From: Vulcanimicrobiota bacterium
GTDB lineage: Bacteria; Vulcanimicrobiota; Xenobia; Xenobiales; JADMJV01
Assembly (NCBI GenBank): GCA_050250895.1
Contig: JBFWNU010000001.1
Location: forward strand, 872,008 to 936,007
Length of the DNA stretch: 64,000 nucleotides
Direction of reading: 5' to 3'
The notes under the pieces were generated by a model. That model was not told the DNA's origin. It searched no databases and was given only the letters and a program-made list of their open reading frames with translations. Below are positions 58,860 to 64,000 of this stretch, in pieces (the first letter of the stretch is position 1; every line of letters begins with the position of its first letter). Made by a program: the position numbers and the translations under genes.

Positions 58860-60304
58860 GCATTCCTCTCGAGTTCTGGCAGCGTCACCGGCTGGTCCCC
58901 CTCGAGGACCATGAGGACCGCTGTACAGTAGGAGTGGCTGCCGGCACTCCGCGAGAGATCCTCGAAGACATTCGCCTGGCCCTTCAAAAGGATGTGCGTC
59001 CGGTCAAGATGACGCCCGAGGAGATCGACGATCGCCTGCGTCGGATGATGGTCGAGAGCGAAGGCCGGGGCCTGGAAGAGGAAGAAGACGCCTCGACCGA
59101 TCTGGCCGTGGACGCCAGCCAGGACTTGCTGGGCGACGCCGCTGGGGCCCCGGTGGTGCGCCTGATCAATGCGCTCTTCCTGCAGGCTATGCAAACTCGG
59201 GCCTCCGACATTCACATCGAGCCGTTCGAAGACGAAACCCTCGTGCGCATGCGCATTGACGGCGTACTGCATGAAACGCATCGAGTGCCGCGCTCACGCC
59301 ACAGCCAGATCACCGCCCGCCTGAAGGTCATGGCCAAACTCGATCTGGCCGAAACCCGCCGACCCCAGGACGGACGCCTGCATGTGCATTCGGGCGACCG
59401 TCATCTGGATGTCCGTATTTCGACCGTGCCCACCCTGCACGGCGAGCGCGTCGTGATGCGCTTGCTCGAAAAGGATCTCAAGCTGCTCACTCTCGAGCAA
59501 ATCGGCATGTTTCGAGACACCGAAGAGCAGATCAACGGCCTGCTCAGCCACCCCTACGGGCTGATGCTGGTGACCGGACCGACCGGCTCGGGTAAAACCA
59601 CCACCCTCTATTCTGTGCTGGAGAAGTTGCGGTCCGACACCTGCAACCTGATCACTATCGAAGACCCGGTGGAATACCGCGTCCCGGGAGTGGGTCAGAT
59701 CCAGGTCAACGAGAAGATCGGTCTGACCTTCGCCTCTGGCCTGCGCTCGATCTTGCGCCAGGACCCCGACGTGCTGATGGTAGGCGAGATCCGCGACCCA
59801 GAAACGGCCGACATCGCAGTCCACGCAGCCCTCACCGGCCATATGGTGCTCTCGACCCTGCACACGAACGATGCCCCCGCGGCGGCCACTCGCCTGCTCG
59901 ACCTGGGCGTCCCCCCCTATCTGCTCTCCTCTTGCTTGATCGGCGTCCTGGCCCAGCGTCTGGTTCGCCGGCTCTGCGATCACTGCAAACAGCCCTATGA
60001 GCTAACCGACGACGAATGTCGTCGGCTGGGCCTCAACCCCACGCGAGCGGGCGGCAAAATCTACGGCCCGGCGGGCTGTCCTCAGTGCCTCGAGACTGGC
60101 TATCGAGGTAGAACCGGCGCTTTCGAACTCATGGTGGTCGACGAAGAGATGTCGAGCCGGGTGGCCCGCTCTGAGGATTCGCGCAACTTGCGTCAACTGG
60201 CCCGCAAAAAGGGCATGCGCACACTGATGGAAGATGCCGCTGGCAAAGTGATTGCGGGCCAGACCAGCACCGAAGAAGCTCTAAGGGTGACCAGGGCCAT
60301 CTAG
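58856..60304 (+). CDS. gspE: type II secretion ATPase GspE
   Basis: ASDIHIEP, GPTGSGKTT, LRQDPDVLMVGEIRD, CxxC..CxxC. Confidence 0.95.
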   Translation: MSIPLEFWQRHRLVPLEDHEDRCTVGVAAGTPREILEDIRLALQKDVRPVKMTPEEIDDRLRRMMVESEGRGLEEEEDASTDLAVDASQDLLGDAAGAPVVRLINALFLQAMQTRASDIHIEPFEDETLVRMRIDGVLHETHRVPRSRHSQITARLKVMAKLDLAETRRPQDGRLHVHSGDRHLDVRISTVPTLHGERVVMRLLEKDLKLLTLEQIGMFRDTEEQINGLLSHPYGLMLVTGPTGSGKTTTLYSVLEKLRSDTCNLITIEDPVEYRVPGVGQIQVNEKIGLTFASGLRSILRQDPDVLMVGEIRDPETADIAVHAALTGHMVLSTLHTNDAPAAATRLLDLGVPPYLLSSCLIGVLAQRLVRRLCDHCKQPYELTDDECRRLGLNPTRAGGKIYGPAGCPQCLETGYRGRTGAFELMVVDEEMSSRVARSEDSRNLRQLARKKGMRTLMEDAAGKVIAGQTSTEEALRVTRAI

Positions 60305-61480
60305 ATGCCACTCTACCAGTATACAGCCACCGATCATCGCGGCAAACAGGTGTCGGGTTTGGTCGACGCCGCCTCGCAGTCGGTCGCCTATCAAAAGGTC
60401 AAAGACCGCGGCCTGTATCCAATCCAGGTCAACGTCGACCTCTCGACTTCGAACAAGGCGGCCGGCACGGAATCGTTAGCCTATTCCCTCGAGCAACTTT
60501 CAGCCCTCATTCGCTCCGGCATCCCCCTCGACGAGGCCCTCGATTCACTGGCCGAGTTCGACGAGGACCCTCGCATCCGCAGCGCCCTCAAGCGCGTGCG
60601 CGTTCGCCTGCGTGAGGGCGACAGCCTGACCGGAGCCATGGCCGAAGAGCAGGCCTTTCCACCGATGCTGGTGCGCATGGTGCAGGCGGGTGAAGAGTCT
60701 GGCAAGCCGGCCGAAATCCTGGGCCGTTACGCCGAGTACCTCAAGCGCGATATCGAGCACCGCCGGGCCCTGGTGGGAGCGTTGAGCTATCCCGTGGCCC
60801 TCATCACTCTCTCGGTGGGGCTGCTTTTCGGGTTGCTCTACTTCCTGACTCCCGTGCTCAAAGAGATGTACGGTGCCCTCGAGATCGAGCTACCCACCCT
60901 GACTCGCTGGATCATCTGGGTCGGAGACTCGCTCTCGGGCTTCGGGCTGCTGGTCCTGGTGGCGGCCGTGGTGGCCCTCATCGCTGCCTATCGCATGATG
61001 CCCCGCATCGCCATGGACCGCTGGCGCCTCAGTTTGCCGCTGCTGGGCCCGATGTTGAGCTGCGGCCTGATGGAGCAATGGGCTCGCACACTGGGCATGC
61101 TTCACGAAGCCGGAGTGCCGCTGGTGCGCGCCATGCAGCTCTCGCGCGAAAGCTGCGAGAACGAGGCCCTCAATCGCGAACTCGAGACGGCCGAGAAGTC
61201 GGTCGAGCGAGGGGACGGCCTGGCCGTTTCCGTGGGTCGCATCTATCTGGTGCCGCCGCTGCTGCAACAGTTCCTGAAGACGGGCGAGCGCACCGGCGAG
61301 TTGGGCCCCATGCTGATGAGCGCTGCCTCTTTCTATGAACGCGAGTTAGAACGTCGTCGCTCGATCATGATCAAATGGCTCGAGCCAGGCCTGATCCTGG
61401 TGATGGGCGTGATGGTGGGCACCCTGGTGCTCAGCGTACTTTTGCCCCTGGCCGAAGTCTCTTCGCGCATGATGCCGTGA
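60305..61480 (+). CDS. gspF: type II secretion platform protein GspF
   Basis: SGIPLDEAL, GEESG, YP, GERTG, LEP. Confidence 0.93.
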   Translation: MPLYQYTATDHRGKQVSGLVDAASQSVAYQKVKDRGLYPIQVNVDLSTSNKAAGTESLAYSLEQLSALIRSGIPLDEALDSLAEFDEDPRIRSALKRVRVRLREGDSLTGAMAEEQAFPPMLVRMVQAGEESGKPAEILGRYAEYLKRDIEHRRALVGALSYPVALITLSVGLLFGLLYFLTPVLKEMYGALEIELPTLTRWIIWVGDSLSGFGLLVLVAAVVALIAAYRMMPRIAMDRWRLSLPLLGPMLSCGLMEQWARTLGMLHEAGVPLVRAMQLSRESCENEALNRELETAEKSVERGDGLAVSVGRIYLVPPLLQQFLKTGERTGELGPMLMSAASFYERELERRRSIMIKWLEPGLILVMGVMVGTLVLSVLLPLAEVSSRMMP

Positions 61481-61905
61481 ACTGGCCGGCCCGCCTCTGG
61501 CGCCTGCCCCGCGCGGCCAAATGGCTGGCCTGCGAACTCTTGCTCGAGTTGACCTGGCTGAGTCTGGCTCTGCGTCTGGTCCACTTCCGCCGGCTGGCCC
61601 CGCTGCTCGGTCGCCAGGGTGCCCAGACTCCGTCGGAGCATCCCGACCAGGACCACCCGATGGTGCTGCGGGTGGCGGGCTACACACCCCGCCTGGCGGC
61701 CTTATTGCCCTGGCGCTGCGCCTGCCTACCCCAGGCCATGGCTGCCAAACGGGTGCTGGCTCGCCACGGCTACTCCTCGACCCTCTACCTGGGAGTGCGC
61801 AAAGATACCACCCTCGAAGCCCACGCCTGGCTTCGCTGTGGAAACCGGATCGTAACCGGCAAACGCGAGATGCCCTCCTTCACCCCCATCAGCAGCTTCG
61901 CCTGA
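61477..61905 (+). CDS. lasso peptide B2-type leader peptidase (transglutaminase-like)
   Basis: GTGA overlap with gspF stop; PWRCACLPQAMA..LYLGVRK..LEAHAWL..IVTG. Confidence 0.85.
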   Translation: MNWPARLWRLPRAAKWLACELLLELTWLSLALRLVHFRRLAPLLGRQGAQTPSEHPDQDHPMVLRVAGYTPRLAALLPWRCACLPQAMAAKRVLARHGYSSTLYLGVRKDTTLEAHAWLRCGNRIVTGKREMPSFTPISSFA

Positions 61906-61964
61906 GGACCCGTCCCAGAACGCTGGCAAAAGGACTTCGCTCGGGGTTCTTGAATCTTTATCGC

Positions 61965-62225
61965 ATGCGGTGTTCACGATGTGGAAGCGACCTCCACCGG
62001 GACAACATGTACGACCTGCCCCGGTCGGTCGACGAGTACTACTGCATCGGCTGCGGCGAGCGCTTCTGGATCAAGCTCGAAGCCCCGCTGGACCTCAAGC
62101 CCTCGCTCGAATCCAACCCGGTCAAGAACCGGGCTGTCGACTCGGCGGCCAAGCGGGCCCAGACCCGCCCCCCCGAAGAAGACTTCACCTTCTCCTGGAC
62201 CAACTCGCCGTCTGCCTTTAACTGA
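61965..62225 (+). CDS. small zinc-ribbon protein
   Basis: MRCSRCG..YYCIGCGERFW. Confidence 0.6.
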   Translation: MRCSRCGSDLHRDNMYDLPRSVDEYYCIGCGERFWIKLEAPLDLKPSLESNPVKNRAVDSAAKRAQTRPPEEDFTFSWTNSPSAFN

Positions 62226-62227
62226 CG

Positions 62228-62276
62228 TTTTTCAGACGGGCTTTCAGACGGTAGTTTTCAGACGGTAGACGGTAGT
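62228..62276. repeat. short degenerate tandem repeat TTTCAGACGG(TAG)
   Basis: three TTTCAGACGG copies plus a partial copy. Confidence 0.7.
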
Positions 62277-62386
62277 TCGGCGGGCTTGCGCGCCCTTGCG
62301 GGCTGGTCAGGAACAAACAGCTCAGGGAACTCATAGAGAAACAGCGTTAGTAGCTCTTTGAAGAGTCGGTCGGGGCGGGTAGACAT
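62258..62386 (-). pseudogene. 42-codon N-terminal remnant of an Rpn/YhgA-like (putative transposase) gene
   Basis: my translation MSTRPDRLFKELLTLFLYEFPELFVPDQPARARKPAELPSTV*; GGAGA RBS; not in the ORF track. Confidence 0.55.
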
Positions 62387-62593
62387 GGTCTCTCCAATCT
62401 CGGCCGTGGGTCACGGCCCGGAATTGGCGCCTCTTCTCCCCTCGCCAGCGGCCTCCCGACGATCGAATTGTGAATATCATTGGTTGCGACGCTCTGTATG
62501 CCCAGGGCCACGGCGCGGTCTTGTTTAGCGAAAGCCGCCCGGGGTAAAAGGTGCGTTGGGGAGTCTATAGATTAGAAGAATTCTGGAGAAGAA

Positions 62594-63490
62594 ATGGCCA
62601 AGAACGGTAAGAAAAAGGGAACGCTGAAGGTCAAGAGCGGCCTGGCGCAGATGCTCAAAGGTGGCGTGATTATGGACGTCACCACCCCCGAGCAGGCTGT
62701 CATCGCGCAAGAAGCGGGAGCAGTTGCCGTGATGGCCTTAGAACGCGTGCCGGCCGACATCCGCCGGGAGGGCGGCGTGGCTCGCATGGCCGACCCCGTG
62801 ATCACCCAGAAGATCCTCGACGCGGTGACCATTCCGGTGATGGCCAAGGCCCGCATCGGCCACTTCGTGGAAGCCGACATTCTGCAGGCCATGGGCGTGG
62901 ACTACATCGACGAGTCGGAAGTGCTCACCCCGGCCGACGAAGAGTTTCACATCGACAAGCACGCCTTCGAAGTGCCCTTCGTTTGCGGTGCTCGCGACCT
63001 GGGCGAGGCCCTGCGCCGCATCGGCGAAGGAGCGGCCATGATCCGCACCAAGGGCGAGGCCGGCACTGGCAACGTCGTCGAGGCGGTGCGCCATATCCGC
63101 CGCATCAACGCCGAAATTCGCCAGGTCAGCATGCTGCCCGAAGAAGAGCTGATGACTTTTGCCAAGACCATCGGCGCGCCTTTCGAGCTGGTCAAACAGG
63201 TCAAGGAGCTGGGCCGGCTGCCGGTAGTCAACTTCGCCGCTGGCGGCATTGCCACTCCGGCGGACGCGGCTCTGATGATGCGCCTGGGTTGTGACGGTAT
63301 CTTCGTGGGCTCGGGCGTCTTCAAGTCGAGCGACCCGGCCCGTTGTGCCCGGGCTATCGTCGACGCCACCGCCCACTACAACGACGCCAAACAACTGGTC
63401 GAGTTCTCGCGCGGGATCGGCGAGCCGATGAAGGGTCTCGAGATTGCGGCCATTCCCGAACGCGAGTTGTTGCAGGCCCGAGGCTGGTAA
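62594..63490 (+). CDS. pdxS: pyridoxal 5'-phosphate synthase lyase subunit
   Basis: [44 protein letters not shown]. Confidence 0.98.
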   Translation: MAKNGKKKGTLKVKSGLAQMLKGGVIMDVTTPEQAVIAQEAGAVAVMALERVPADIRREGGVARMADPVITQKILDAVTIPVMAKARIGHFVEADILQAMGVDYIDESEVLTPADEEFHIDKHAFEVPFVCGARDLGEALRRIGEGAAMIRTKGEAGTGNVVEAVRHIRRINAEIRQVSMLPEEELMTFAKTIGAPFELVKQVKELGRLPVVNFAAGGIATPADAALMMRLGCDGIFVGSGVFKSSDPARCARAIVDATAHYNDAKQLVEFSRGIGEPMKGLEIAAIPERELLQARGW

Positions 63491-64000
63491 TGCGCGTCGG
63501 CGTGATGGCCCTGCAGGGGGCCGTCATCGAACACCTGCAAACCCTGAAGGCTTGCCGCGTAGAAGCGATGGAGGTTCGCACTCCCGAGCATCTGGCTCAA
63601 GTCGACGGACTGATCTTGCCCGGCGGCGAGTCGACCACCATTGGCAAGTTGTTGGCTCGATTTGGTCTGCTTAAGGCCATCAAAGAGCGGGCTGAGCAAG
63701 GCATGCCGTTGTGGGGTACCTGTGCCGGGATGATCCTGCTGGCCAAGCAGATCACCAACGGTCTGCCCGACCAGCATTCGCTGGCCCTGATGGACCTCGA
63801 GGTCGAGCGCAATGCCTTTGGACGCCAGGTGGATTCGTTCGAAGCCGGCGTCGAGGTGGCGGGGCTCGGCGGCAAGCCCTTTCCGGCCGTGTTTATCAGA
63901 GCGCCACTAGCCCACAACCCGGGGTCCGGCGTAGAGGTGCTGGGGCGAGTGGGCGAGCGCATCGTAGCCGCCCGCCAGGGCAACCTGTTGGCCACCTCCT
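63490..64000 (+). CDS. pdxT: PLP synthase glutaminase subunit (runs off the window end)
   Basis: ATG overlaps pdxS stop; translates [44 protein letters not shown]. Confidence 0.95.
   Translation, partial: MRVGVMALQGAVIEHLQTLKACRVEAMEVRTPEHLAQVDGLILPGGESTTIGKLLARFGLLKAIKERAEQGMPLWGTCAGMILLAKQITNGLPDQHSLALMDLEVERNAFGRQVDSFEAGVEVAGLGGKPFPAVFIRAPLAHNPGSGVEVLGRVGERIVAARQGNLLATS

Noticed and set aside
62390-62590. Riboswitch upstream of pdxS
   Set aside because: A hairpin (GGCCGTG..CACGGCC) is present, but I recognised no known aptamer consensus.

Overview
GC-rich bacterial chromosomal window from a diderm (TamB and a T2SS secretin are present). The style of the hypothetical proteins suggests Candidatus Eremiobacterota/Vulcanimicrobiota, but this is an unverified impression. 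Housekeeping content: tRNA-Leu(CAG), LysM-NlpC/P60 and amidase wall hydrolases, a stand-alone ftsZ, a MoxR-DUF58-transglutaminase triad, valS, tamB, an Rrf2-sufCBD-Rieske-sufSU-sufT operon, a type II secretion cluster (gspC divergent from gspIJKLMNDEF), pdxST, and c-di-GMP genes (TPR-HD-GYP, two PilZ proteins). The most notable feature is a candidate RiPP-like system at about 25.3-29.3 kb. Two tandemly duplicated genes each fuse a PqqD/RRE domain to a twin-arginine-like segment and a Ser/Thr/Glu-rich tail, next to an HPr-kinase-like kinase and three sulfotransferases. An orphan lasso-B2-type leader peptidase lies 32 kb away, overlapping the gspF stop codon. Other oddities: a degenerate TPR-nucleotide cyclase, a stand-alone OvoA-C-terminal-like methyltransferase, two REP-like repeat families, a GKD/Cys repeat protein and an Rpn-like gene remnant. 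All family assignments come from motif recognition by eye; no searches were run.
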